The notes: generated from the letters alone by a model not told the origin. A DNA stretch of 64,000 bases from Gemmatimonadales bacterium (GCA_033764615.1 JANRIU010000063.1:2779-66778), one strand, 5' to 3'; numbered from the stretch's first letter, positions 10,374-19,007 are shown. Numbers and translations are program-made.

Positions 10374-10490
10374 GGCGGACTGGCGGACTGGCGGACTGGC
10401 GGACTGGCGGACTGGCGGACTGGCTGCAACGCAACCCGCGTTTCTCGCCGAGTCAACCGTCCGCCCTTCCGCCCGACCGCTCGTCCGCCC
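10374..10490. repeat. octamer inverted-repeat element A: (GGCGGACT)x6, 35-nt spacer, GTCCGCC-unit arm
   Basis: Six perfect tandem GGCGGACT copies at 10374-10421. The opposing arm ccgtccgcccttccgcccgaccgctcgtccgccc lies at 10457-10490, overlapping the 3' end of the phosphatidyltransferase gene. Confidence 0.85.
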
Positions 10491-11040
10491 TCCCCAGTCG
10501 GATCTCCGCCACCCCCGTGAGCTTCTGGTAGTCCCACACCGACCAGCCGGCGAGCAGCGTGGTCACGAGGGCGAGCGGGCGGGTGAGCGGGGTGTCGACG
10601 AGCGCCGAGGCGAGCGTGGCGACCTGCACGAAGGTGACCGACTTGCCGCTCCAGCGCGACGGGACGCTGATCGGCATGCGCTTCGCCCGGCGCACGAAGA
10701 ACGCCATCGACAGGATGAAGTCGCGGAAGAGGCAGCCCGCGGCCTCGGGCCAGGTGAGCCAGCCGTCCCAGGCGAGCGCGCCGAACGCCATCCCCATGAA
10801 CAGCTTGTCGGCGACCGGGTCGAGCAGCGCGCCGAGGCGCGAGGGGCCGAGGCGGCGGGCGAGCCAGCCGTCGGCGACGTCGCTGAGCGCGGCGAACGTG
10901 AGCAGGCCGAGCCGCACCGGCGACGACACGACGAGCACGAACGCGAGACCGACCGGCAGGCGCGAGAGCGTGAGCAGGTCGGCGACGCTCCACCGCGCGT
11001 CGTCTTGCTGGCCTCCCGGCGCCGGGGTACCTTCGGACAT
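10453..11040 (-). CDS. CDP-alcohol phosphatidyltransferase family protein
   Basis: Motif D-x2-DG-x2-AR-x8-G-x3-D-x3-D is present (SDVADGWLARRLGPSRLGALLDPVADK). Multiple TM segments. The C-terminal GRADERSGGRADG is encoded by the repeat arm. Confidence 0.8.
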   Translation of the reverse strand: MSEGTPAPGGQQDDARWSVADLLTLSRLPVGLAFVLVVSSPVRLGLLTFAALSDVADGWLARRLGPSRLGALLDPVADKLFMGMAFGALAWDGWLTWPEAAGCLFRDFILSMAFFVRRAKRMPISVPSRWSGKSVTFVQVATLASALVDTPLTRPLALVTTLLAGWSVWDYQKLTGVAEIRLGRADERSGGRADG

Positions 11041-11074
11041 CCCCGCCCTGTCCTCCGAGGCCGCTGGCGCGACG

Positions 11075-11533
11075 ATGGACATCTCCCTGCTGAAGAACAC
11101 CGCGATCTTTGCCGGGCTCGACGACGACGAGCTGCAGCGCGTCGCCGAGATCTGCCGTCCCCAAAGATACAAGTCGGCCGAGGTGATCTTCAAAGAGGGG
11201 GAGCCGGGCAACCGGCTGTTCATCGTGCAGGAGGGGAGCGTGCGCATCTCCCGCACGATCCCCGGCGTGGGCGAGGAGGCGCTGGCGGTGCTCAAGCCCG
11301 GCGCGTGCTTCGGCGAGATGGCCGTGCTCGACCGCTCCGAGCGCTCCACCGATGCGATCGCCAACGACGCCTGCCTGATCCAGACGATCGCCCGGCCCGA
11401 CTTCGAGATGCTCGTGGACTTCGACCACGAGCTCGGCTACAAGGTCATGAAGGCGGTGGTGCAGCTGCTCTGCTCGCGCCTGCGCGCGACCAACGACAGC
11501 CTGCGCTCCTTCCTCGCCATGAGCATGTTCTGA
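11075..11533 (+). CDS. stand-alone cyclic-nucleotide-binding domain protein
   Basis: 152 aa with cNMP-binding fold signatures (IFKEGEPGNRLFIVQEGSV, GACFGEMAVLD). Confidence 0.8.
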   Translation: MDISLLKNTAIFAGLDDDELQRVAEICRPQRYKSAEVIFKEGEPGNRLFIVQEGSVRISRTIPGVGEEALAVLKPGACFGEMAVLDRSERSTDAIANDACLIQTIARPDFEMLVDFDHELGYKVMKAVVQLLCSRLRATNDSLRSFLAMSMF

Positions 11534-12301
11534 ATGACGATCGACACCGCGGTGATCCCCTGCGGCGGCCTCGGCCGGCGCCTGATGCCGATGACCCGCT
11601 GGCTCCCCAAGGAGCTGCTCCCCGTCGGGCTCAAGCCCTCGCTCTACTGGGCGCTCGACGAGGCGGTGGATGCGGGGATCCACAACGTCGTGCTCGTGGT
11701 GAACCCCCACAAGCCGATGGTCGAGGCCGCGGCCCGCCAGTACCTCGGGCCGCTCTCCATCGAGTTCGTGCCGCAGCCGAAGCCGCAGGGCCTCGGCGAC
11801 GCGCTCCTGCTCTGCCGCGACATCCTCGAAGGGCAGCCGTTCGCGGTGCTCTTCGCCGACCACCTGTTCATGGGTCGCGGCGGCACGCACGCCGTCCTCG
11901 ACGCGTGGCGCACCTTCCGCAAGCCGACCGTGCTCGTCAACGACCCGATGGGGCCGATGCCCGTCGGCGTGACGCGCCGCGCGCGCATCCGGAAGGGGGA
12001 GGACGGGCAGTACCACGTGCGGGCCGTCGGCCGCCGGAACGACGAGGGGCTGCAGCAGAAGGACGGCGCGATGGAGGCGGTGGCGGTCGGCCGGTTCGTC
12101 TACCCCGGCGACGTCTTCGACCGCCTCGCCGCCGAGGATCGCCGCCTCGGCGCCGACGGCGAGCTGAGCGACCTCGCGCTGCTGCGGAAGCTGGCCGAGG
12201 CCGATGAGCTGCGCGCGGTGATGACCAACTCGCAGGTCTTCGACATCGGCACGCCCGAGGGATACCGGACCGCGGTCAGCGCGTTCCCGGCCGTGGCGTA
12301 G
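11534..12301 (+). CDS. sugar-phosphate nucleotidyltransferase (GalU/UDP-glucose pyrophosphorylase-like)
   Basis: N-terminal AVIPCGGLGRRLMPMTRWLPKELLPV matches the nucleotidyltransferase G-x-G-x-R loop. Its start abuts the previous stop (TGAATG). Confidence 0.75.
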   Translation: MTIDTAVIPCGGLGRRLMPMTRWLPKELLPVGLKPSLYWALDEAVDAGIHNVVLVVNPHKPMVEAAARQYLGPLSIEFVPQPKPQGLGDALLLCRDILEGQPFAVLFADHLFMGRGGTHAVLDAWRTFRKPTVLVNDPMGPMPVGVTRRARIRKGEDGQYHVRAVGRRNDEGLQQKDGAMEAVAVGRFVYPGDVFDRLAAEDRRLGADGELSDLALLRKLAEADELRAVMTNSQVFDIGTPEGYRTAVSAFPAVA

Positions 12302-12332
12302 CAGCTCCTCCGAACACACCCCGAAGCCAGTC

Positions 12333-12365
12333 GACGGGCGCCCGGTGAGAATCCGGGCGCCCGTC
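12333..12365 (+). terminator. intrinsic terminator after the nucleotidyltransferase gene
   Basis: A 13-bp perfect GC-rich stem (gacgggcgcccgg / ccgggcgcccgtc) with a 7-nt loop, followed by gtgcgtttctcc. Confidence 0.7.
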
Positions 12366-12419
12366 GTGCGTTTCTCCTGATGCAGGCCAGAAACTCCACA
12401 CCAGCGTTCCGGAGGCACC

Positions 12420-13391
12420 ATGCACTCGACCGTTCGCGGCGCGGTGATGCCGCTCCTGGGCCTTGCCCTCGCCCTGCCCGCCCTCGCGACCGCGCAGCAG
12501 ACGTGGTCGGTGGAGGGGTTCGGGTACTCTCCCGCGCTCTCCACGTTCCTGTTCGATATCGATGGCGCGGGGAAGGACATTCGCAACACGAATGGGACGG
12601 GCGTGGTCACGCGGCGGGACCCGGCGGGGCCGTTCGTTGAGGGGAGGTACTCCGACCCGGAGGCACACGAGGCGAGGGCCAGCGTGCGCCGGTATCTGGG
12701 GGATTACCGCGACCGTCCGATCTACGGCCTGCCGGGCGACCTTCACAGCGCGCAACTCGGCGTGGGCGTCGAGAACAGCAGGGCCGGGATGAGCGGATCC
12801 ACCGACTCCTACGTGCAATTCCAGGACTATCTCACGATCACCGCGTGGGGAGGGTCCGACCAGCGCATCGGCGCGTACTTCCTCGGCAGCTTCACGGGCG
12901 AGTCGTTCTCCATGTATCGCTCGACGGCGAAGATGTCGTTCTGGGTCGAGAACATCACGCAGGGCTGGGTCTCGGGCAGCAACGACGCGGTGCTTGTCCA
13001 GGACGGCGGCGACGGTGCCGACGTTGACATGATCTGCGGCCGTTCGCTCGGCTTCGACCTCCGGTGCGCGGTCGATCCGATCAACCTTAGCCTGGCGCGC
13101 GGGAACTGGCGCTCGCAGATCTGGACCTCGCTCGACGGCCGCACCTTCCAGGGCGACGTGCTCCGAGTCTTCATGCGCATGGCGGTGTCCGTCCCGCCGT
13201 TCATCAGGGCGGGCGCCAACCTGTTCCAGACGGGTGGCATGCTGATCCGCGGCGACGGCATCCAGGTCTCGTCGGCGTCCGGCACGTGGGGCGTGGTGCA
13301 GGCGCCCACCACCGTCGTCCCGGAGCCGTCGACGTACGCGCTCCTCGGCGGCGGGCTGCTGCTGCTCGGCATCGCGAGCCGGCGGCGGTAG
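12420..13391 (+). CDS. PEP-CTERM sorting-domain secreted protein
   Basis: Signal peptide (LLGLALALPALATAQ) and a C-terminal VPEPSTYALLGGGLLLLGIASRRR, which gives the PEP motif, a TM helix and an Arg cluster. Confidence 0.8.
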   Translation: MHSTVRGAVMPLLGLALALPALATAQQTWSVEGFGYSPALSTFLFDIDGAGKDIRNTNGTGVVTRRDPAGPFVEGRYSDPEAHEARASVRRYLGDYRDRPIYGLPGDLHSAQLGVGVENSRAGMSGSTDSYVQFQDYLTITAWGGSDQRIGAYFLGSFTGESFSMYRSTAKMSFWVENITQGWVSGSNDAVLVQDGGDGADVDMICGRSLGFDLRCAVDPINLSLARGNWRSQIWTSLDGRTFQGDVLRVFMRMAVSVPPFIRAGANLFQTGGMLIRGDGIQVSSASGTWGVVQAPTTVVPEPSTYALLGGGLLLLGIASRRR

Positions 13392-13400
13392 ACGCGACAC

Positions 13401-13428
13401 GGGGCGGGGTCGCGATCGACCCCGCCCC
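13401..13428. terminator. bidirectional terminator hairpin between convergent genes
   Basis: Perfect palindrome ggggcggggtcg-cgat-cgaccccgcccc, giving a 12-bp stem. Confidence 0.6.
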
Positions 13429-13483
13429 GGTGGCGGACGGCAGCGGCAGCGGCGCGGGGCGATCGCCCCGCGCCGCGTCGCGT

Positions 13484-14317
13484 TCAGCGCAGCGCCAGCA
13501 GCAGCAGCCCCGCGCCCCCGAGCGCCAGCACCCACCAGTACGCCGCCACCATCTCGACGATCCCGCGGCCGGCCCCGGCCGCGCTCTCGCCCGGCGTGCC
13601 CGCCGGCAGCGCACTCGCGAGGCGCTCGTCGCCCGGCAGCAGGCTGAGGCCGAGCGCGCTGCGCGCGTACGGGTCGGTCGCCTCATGGAGCAGCGCGCCC
13701 ACCTTGTTCTGCTGGCCGAACGGCCCGCTCGTCACCGCGGCCAGGAACTTCCGTTCCTGCGCCAGAACGGGGTGCCCCGGCGCGATCGCCTCGGCGAGCT
13801 TCAGCTGCTCCGCCGCCTCGGCGACGCGGTCCATGCGCACGAGCAGGTGCGCGTAGCGCGCGCGCACGAGCGCGTTCTCCGGCAGGATCCGCAGCGCCTG
13901 CAGGATGGCGCGCTCCGCCGCGTCGAGGTGGTTGAGCTGCGTCTCGCAGTTGCAGAGCAGGTAGTAGAGCGCGCCCGAGTTGGGATGCTTCTCGATCCCC
14001 TGCTGCGTGATCTCGCCCGCCTCGAGGAAGCGCTGGAGCTCGTACAGCGCCTGCCCCCGCATGAACCAGGCGTCCTCGCGCGTGACGGCCTTCTGCCAGA
14101 TGCCGTCCAGCAGCTCGAGCGCCTCCCCCGGCTGGCCCATGGTGAGGGCCTCGCGGATGACGTCCATGATCAGGGAGCGCGCGCCCCCCTCCTCCGGCCG
14201 CGCGACACCGGCCAGCGCGGCACGCGCCGACGCCGACGAGCCCTGACGGGCGGCGCCACGGGAGGCGGGGCGCGGAGCGCCACCGGGCGGCGGACCGCCG
14301 AGCGGGGGGATGGTCAT
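13484..14317 (-). CDS. TPR-repeat protein with C-terminal TM anchor
   Basis: Repeated A/L/Y-rich 34-residue patterns and a hydrophobic C-terminus, VAAYWWVLALGGAGLLLLAL. Confidence 0.6.
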   Translation of the reverse strand: MTIPPLGGPPPGGAPRPASRGAARQGSSASARAALAGVARPEEGGARSLIMDVIREALTMGQPGEALELLDGIWQKAVTREDAWFMRGQALYELQRFLEAGEITQQGIEKHPNSGALYYLLCNCETQLNHLDAAERAILQALRILPENALVRARYAHLLVRMDRVAEAAEQLKLAEAIAPGHPVLAQERKFLAAVTSGPFGQQNKVGALLHEATDPYARSALGLSLLPGDERLASALPAGTPGESAAGAGRGIVEMVAAYWWVLALGGAGLLLLALR

Positions 14318-14386
14318 GCGGGGAGTATCGGCCGGAGCACCCGCTCACCTGAACAGCCGTGACGACAGGCAGCGGCCCGGCGCCGC

Positions 14387-17032
14387 TCAGCGGCCGCCGC
14401 CCGTCCCGCGGACGACGCCCTCGGCGCGGCGCTCGGGGGCGAGTGCCGCGCGGGCGACGGCGAGCACGTCCATCGCCGTGACGGCCCGGTAGGGGGCGCC
14501 GGGGTCGTCGAGCTCCTGCAGCCCCTCGCCCGCGATCCACGCATCCACGATCTCCGCGAGCACCGACGACGCGCTCTGGCGGCTCACCTCGGCCTGGCCC
14601 GCGAGGTAGTTGCGGGCGCGGTCGAGCTCGGCCTCGGTGACGCGCTCGCGGGCGAAGCGGCCGAGCTCGATGAGCATCGCCTCGCGCGCCTCGGCCTCGC
14701 GCTCGGGCGCGGTGGCGATGTAGGTGAGCAGCGCACCGGCGCGCCGCTTCTGCCACGTGGACGCCACGACCGAGTACGCGAGCGATCGCTGATCGCGCAG
14801 CGCCTCGAAGAGCCGCCCGCCGAGCCCGCCGGCGACGGCGGCCCACACCTCGGCAGCCCACCGCTCGGGGGCGCGGCGGTCGGGGCCCATGAACACCATG
14901 GCGAACGCGGACTGCGCCTTCTGCCGCTCGGCCTCGCGCGTGACGGGATGGTCGGTGATCGCATAGAGCTGCGGCGGCGGTGGCGGCGCGGCCTCGGCGG
15001 CGGGGAAGCTGCCGAACGCGGCCGCCAGCGCCTCGCGCGCGCCATCGGGGTCGAGGTCGCCGACGGCGACGACGAGCGGGCGCGCCGCGCGCCACGCGCC
15101 GCGGTGCCAGTCGGCCACGGCGGTGAGGGGGATGCCGGCGAGGGTGTCGGGGAGGCCGCTCGCGGGCAGGCCGTATCCCTCGTCGCCGAACGCGGCGCGG
15201 AAGGCGAGCTGGAACGGGTGGCGGAACATGTCGTCCGCCACCTGCAGCGCCTCCTGCCGCATGAGGCCGCGCTCGGTCTCGACGCTCGACGCCTCGTGGT
15301 GCGGGGCCGCGATCACGTCGGCGAGCAGGTGCGCGGCCTCGCCGAGGTGCTCGCTCAGCACGCTGGTGCCGAAGCCGATCCAGTCGAGGCCGACCGACGG
15401 CGCGAGCGTGCCGCCGAGCCCCTCGAAGGCGAACGCGAGCGCGGCCGCGTCGCGCCCGTTGGCGCCCCGCACCGCCGAGCGCGTCGCGAGCGCCGCGAGC
15501 CCCGCCCACTCGGCGGGCTCGGGGTGCGCGCGGGGGATGTACGCGCCGAGCGCCACGAGCGGCACGCCGCGCTTGGGGCGCACGACGATGTCGGCCCCGG
15601 GGAGCGCGAGCGTCAGCACCCGCGTGGGCGCGCGCGGCGGACGGGCGGACCCGCGGACCGGCGGACGGGAAGCCGGGGAGATGGCGGCGCCCGCGCTCGA
15701 GCCCTCCGCCCGTCCGCCGGTCCGCCCGCCCGCCCCGGCGGCGGCGAACAGGTCGGCCAGCGCCGTCGCATCGACCCCATGCGCCGCCGCCGCAGGCACG
15801 TAGGCCACCGCGCACACCGCCTCGGGCCGCAGCCAGCGCGCGGCGGCGTCGCGGATCTCCTCCGCGGTGGTGCGCTCGAGCGCCGCGAACTCCTCCTCGA
15901 GCAGGTGGAGGCCGCCCATCGCCTCGGCGTTCGCGAGCGAGGAGGCGCGCCCCTCGGTCGCCTCCATGCCGCGCGCCCAGCGCGCGAGGAGCAGCGTGCG
16001 TGCGCGCGCGAGGTCGTCGGCCGTGGGGCCCGCCTCGGCGAGGCGGCGCGTGGCGGCGGCGACGGCGGCGAGCACGTCGGGAAGGCGCGCGGGTTCGAGC
16101 TCGGCGCCGACGGAGAAGACGCCCAGCTCGCTCGGCTGGTAGTGCCATGCGCCGATGGAGGAGGCGAGTCCCGACTCGCGGACGGCGCGCTGCAGCCAGC
16201 TCCCGCGCCCGCTCGCGAGCACGGCGGCGGCGAGGTCGAGCGGCGCGGAATCCGCGTGCGACGGGGGAACGGCGCGCCAGCCGATGGCGAGGTCGGCCTT
16301 GGCGACCTCGCCGCGCAGCGTGCGGGCGCGCACCTCCGCGCGCGGCGGCTCCGCGGGCGAGGCGTCGGCCGAGCCGGGGCGCGCCTCCCAGCCGCCGTAC
16401 GCCTCGCGCGCGAGCGCGGCGGCCTCCGCCACGTCGACGTCGCCGACGATGCTCACGATGGTGCGCTCCGGCACGTAGCGCGAGCGGTAGTAGGTCCAGA
16501 GGTCGTCGCGCGTCATGGCGGCGAGGCCGGCCTCGGTGCCGATGCGCCAGCGGCGGATGCGGTGGTGGTCGAACATCACCTCGTGCAGCGTCTCGTGGCA
16601 GACGGCCGACGGCGTGTCGAGCTTCCGCTTCGCCTCCTGGATGATCACCTGGAGCTCGCGCCGCAGCTCGTCGGCGTCGAGGGCGCAGTGCATCAGCGCG
16701 TCGGCCTGCAGGTCGAGCGCCGTGGCGAGGCCGGAGGCGGGGAGGACGACGAAGTAGCTGGTGCGGTCGTACGAGGTGGAGGCGTTGAGGTAGCCGCCGG
16801 CGGCCTTCGTCTCGCGCGCGAGCGCGCCGGGGCCGCGCCGCGCGGTCCCCTTGAAGTACATGTGCTCGAGGACGTGGGAGATCCCCTGCACCGCGTCGGG
16901 CTCGTCGAAGAAGCCGGCACGCACGTGCGTGACGACCGCGACGGCCGGCGCCGAGGGATCGGCCTGCACGAGGAGCGTGAGCCCGTTCGGCAGCACCTCG
17001 CGGTGCACGCCGGCCGTCCAGCGCGGCGGCAC
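14387..17032 (-). CDS. fused two-module M16 (pitrilysin-family) zinc peptidase
   Basis: The first module has the inverted zinc motif HVLEH. The second module is M16-like without HxxEH. GTG start at 17032 lies 2 nt after the upstream TPR gene's stop. The rest of the 1198-aa tracked ORF overlaps that TPR gene out of frame. Confidence 0.8.
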   Translation of the reverse strand: MPPRWTAGVHREVLPNGLTLLVQADPSAPAVAVVTHVRAGFFDEPDAVQGISHVLEHMYFKGTARRGPGALARETKAAGGYLNASTSYDRTSYFVVLPASGLATALDLQADALMHCALDADELRRELQVIIQEAKRKLDTPSAVCHETLHEVMFDHHRIRRWRIGTEAGLAAMTRDDLWTYYRSRYVPERTIVSIVGDVDVAEAAALAREAYGGWEARPGSADASPAEPPRAEVRARTLRGEVAKADLAIGWRAVPPSHADSAPLDLAAAVLASGRGSWLQRAVRESGLASSIGAWHYQPSELGVFSVGAELEPARLPDVLAAVAAATRRLAEAGPTADDLARARTLLLARWARGMEATEGRASSLANAEAMGGLHLLEEEFAALERTTAEEIRDAAARWLRPEAVCAVAYVPAAAAHGVDATALADLFAAAGAGGRTGGRAEGSSAGAAISPASRPPVRGSARPPRAPTRVLTLALPGADIVVRPKRGVPLVALGAYIPRAHPEPAEWAGLAALATRSAVRGANGRDAAALAFAFEGLGGTLAPSVGLDWIGFGTSVLSEHLGEAAHLLADVIAAPHHEASSVETERGLMRQEALQVADDMFRHPFQLAFRAAFGDEGYGLPASGLPDTLAGIPLTAVADWHRGAWRAARPLVVAVGDLDPDGAREALAAAFGSFPAAEAAPPPPPQLYAITDHPVTREAERQKAQSAFAMVFMGPDRRAPERWAAEVWAAVAGGLGGRLFEALRDQRSLAYSVVASTWQKRRAGALLTYIATAPEREAEAREAMLIELGRFARERVTEAELDRARNYLAGQAEVSRQSASSVLAEIVDAWIAGEGLQELDDPGAPYRAVTAMDVLAVARAALAPERRAEGVVRGTGGGR
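15636..15736. repeat. octamer inverted-repeat element B, embedded in-frame in the M16 peptidase gene
   Basis: Left arm ggcggacgggcggacccgcggaccggcggacggg (15636-15669). Right arm ccctccgcccgtccgccggtccgcccgcccgcccc (15702-15736). The segment gcggaccggcggacgg is matched by a perfect 16-nt complement in the right arm. Confidence 0.8.
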
Positions 17033-17034
17033 CG

Positions 17035-18162
17035 CTAGTGGATGATCCGCAGCACGCCCGCCTCGGCGCTGCCGCGGACGAACGCCTCCGCGCTGGTGAC
17101 GGGGATGACGATGCCGGTCTCGGTCTGGCCGCGCAGCGCCTGGCGCGCCATGAAGTCGCCCATCGAGAGGTGCGACGACTCGCCGTCGTTGGCGCGCATC
17201 TGCGTGACGATCTCGTCCCACGTGCCGCGGAAGGTGAGCCCGTGCACCGTGGTGACGAGGTGGATGTCGCCGGACGCCTGGCCCGGGCGCTTCTTCATCT
17301 CGTTCAGCTCGGTGAGCAGCGTGGCGAAGAGCTCGAGCTGGTTCGGGTCGCGCGTGGAGCCGTCGGGCTGCTGCGCCTCGACCTCGGCGAGCAGCATGTC
17401 GATGTCGTCCGGCTCGCCGCTCACCTCGGCCAGGCGCTCGACCCAGGGGGCGAGCTCGGGGTCGTCGTCGGGGAGGCGGTAGATCGTCTTCTTGAGCTCG
17501 ATGATGCGCCAGAGGCCGAGCTCGTCGAAGTGGTCGTCCGGCTCGGTGCGCTCGAGCTGGTGGAGCGACGCCTCGTACTCGCCGCGGTCGTACAGGATGT
17601 TGGCGAGGTAGATGCGCGCCTCGCCGTAGGTGCACTCGAGCGTCAGCGCGCGCCGGAGCCAGAACAGCGCGGCGGCGTCCTGGTTGAGCCGGTGGCAGGC
17701 GTAGCCCATGCACGCCGAGGCGTCGGCGGAGTCGGGGTGCGCCTGGCTGGCGAGGTCGAAGAACCGGTGCGCGGCCGCGATGTGCCCCTCGCGGAAGAGC
17801 GCGCGGCCGACCTGCAGGAGCAGGTCGTGGTCCTCGGCGAAGCCGAGCTGGAGGATGCGCTCGAAGCAGCGGAGCGCGCTCTCGCGGTGGCCGAGCTTGA
17901 GGAACGTCTCGCCGAGGCCGGCGAGCGCGTCCTCGTGGTCGGGGTCGAGGCCGAGCGCGGCCTCGAAGCTCCGACGGGCCCACGCGTACTCCTCGCGGGC
18001 GAGCTGGGCGTAGGCGCAGCCGACGTGGAGCTCCACCGCATGCGGGTAGACCTCCAGCCCGTCGCGCAGCATGCGCAGGGCGCCGTCGTAGTCGCCTTCG
18101 TTGTAGAGTCGGTGGGCCTGCTCGTCGAAATCGTCGGAACTGCGGAAGGAGGCTTCCGACAT
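17035..18162 (-). CDS. TPR-repeat protein
   Basis: 375 aa with several clear TPR units (AHRLYNEGDYDGALRML..., AWARRSFEAALGLDPDHEDA...). Confidence 0.75.
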   Translation of the reverse strand: MSEASFRSSDDFDEQAHRLYNEGDYDGALRMLRDGLEVYPHAVELHVGCAYAQLAREEYAWARRSFEAALGLDPDHEDALAGLGETFLKLGHRESALRCFERILQLGFAEDHDLLLQVGRALFREGHIAAAHRFFDLASQAHPDSADASACMGYACHRLNQDAAALFWLRRALTLECTYGEARIYLANILYDRGEYEASLHQLERTEPDDHFDELGLWRIIELKKTIYRLPDDDPELAPWVERLAEVSGEPDDIDMLLAEVEAQQPDGSTRDPNQLELFATLLTELNEMKKRPGQASGDIHLVTTVHGLTFRGTWDEIVTQMRANDGESSHLSMGDFMARQALRGQTETGIVIPVTSAEAFVRGSAEAGVLRIIH

Positions 18163-18298
18163 CCCTGGACGGTCTCCGGCGGGGGTTTCCGAACAGTATG
18201 GTTCCCGATGGGCCGGGGCAAGGTGCCGATACAGCCCCGTGGCGCGGCGGACGGGACCGCGCTACCGCTCTCCTCCCTCCCGGCCGATACTCGCCCGC

Positions 18299-18913
18299 AT
18301 GTCCGACGATCCGCTGGTCCTCACCGGGCTCATCGCCCTCGTCTCGTATTTCGGCTGGCAGTGGTGGGGCGACCTGCGCGCGTGGCGCGCGGGGACGCCG
18401 AACCGGGGCGCGCTCCCCGGCGCCACGACCGCGCCTGCCGGCGCCGTGGCGCTCGCCGCTGCCGTCTCGCTCGCGATCCTCGGCGCGGAGGTCGGCGGCG
18501 AGTACGCGCTCGGCATCGTGGGCGAACAGTCGCGCCTCGGCTACCTGCTGGCGCTCTACACCCTGTTCGCGGCGTTCGTGGAGGAGCTCATCTTCCGCGG
18601 GCTGCTGTGGGACTGGGCGTCGGAGCGGGTCGGCGAACGGCTCGGGACGGCGGCGCTGGCCGTGGTGCTGTCACTCGTCTTCGCGCTGCTGCATCCGTTC
18701 CTGTGGGAGTGGAAGGACGGCGGCGTGCAGGTGCACCTGACGGTGAAGGCGTGGTTCAGCACGGCGATCACCTTCGTGAGCTCGCTCTGGTTCTACTGGG
18801 CGCGGCTGGCGGCGTGGAATCCCGAGCGGTCGCTGATCCCGCCGGTGGCGGCGCACCTGGCGCGGAACGCGGGGGTGATCGTGGTGAAGGGGGTGCAGGG
18901 GTTCCTGGGCTAG
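18299..18913 (+). CDS. CPBP-family intramembrane glutamic endopeptidase (CAAX protease-like)
   Basis: EELIFRG motif, a later FALLHP motif, and multiple TM segments. Confidence 0.8.
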   Translation: MSDDPLVLTGLIALVSYFGWQWWGDLRAWRAGTPNRGALPGATTAPAGAVALAAAVSLAILGAEVGGEYALGIVGEQSRLGYLLALYTLFAAFVEELIFRGLLWDWASERVGERLGTAALAVVLSLVFALLHPFLWEWKDGGVQVHLTVKAWFSTAITFVSSLWFYWARLAAWNPERSLIPPVAAHLARNAGVIVVKGVQGFLG

Positions 18914-18934
18914 GGGGCCGGGAGCCGGGAGCCA

Positions 18935-18975
18935 GGGGCCGGGGGCGACGCGTGGCAGCGGTCGCACCCGGCCCC
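18935..18975 (+). terminator. terminator-like hairpin after the CPBP protease gene
   Basis: A 15-bp stem with one mismatch (ggggccgggggcgac / gtcgcacccggcccc) and an 11-nt loop. It is preceded by heptamer-like GCCGGGA repeats. Confidence 0.5.
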
Positions 18976-19007
18976 TCGGCATATTGTGAGGATGCACGGA
19001 TGCGGAA

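Noticed and set aside
10374-10421. The octamer arrays as a CRISPR array
   Set aside because: The period is 8 nt with no spacers, no 25-40 nt repeats and no cas genes. These are microsatellite-like arms of hairpin elements.
15560-15740. Splitting the M16 ORF into two genes at the internal GTG (about 15620), with the repeat as an intergenic spacer
   Set aside because: There is no stop codon in the upstream module's frame, so as sequenced it is one ORF. The possibility of an ancestral two-gene state is kept as a hypothesis in the findings.
14387-17032. The M16 peptidase as the PqqF/PqqG protease of the pqq pathway
   Set aside because: M16 family membership is suggestive. However, the gene is 9 kb away on the opposite strand, in a TPR operon, and there is no sequence-specific evidence available here.
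14387-17983. A 1198-aa M16 peptidase using the tracked start
   Set aside because: The first ~317 codons overlap the well-supported TPR gene (17035..18162) out of frame. A GTG at 17032, 2 nt after that gene's stop, gives a normal M16 N-terminus.
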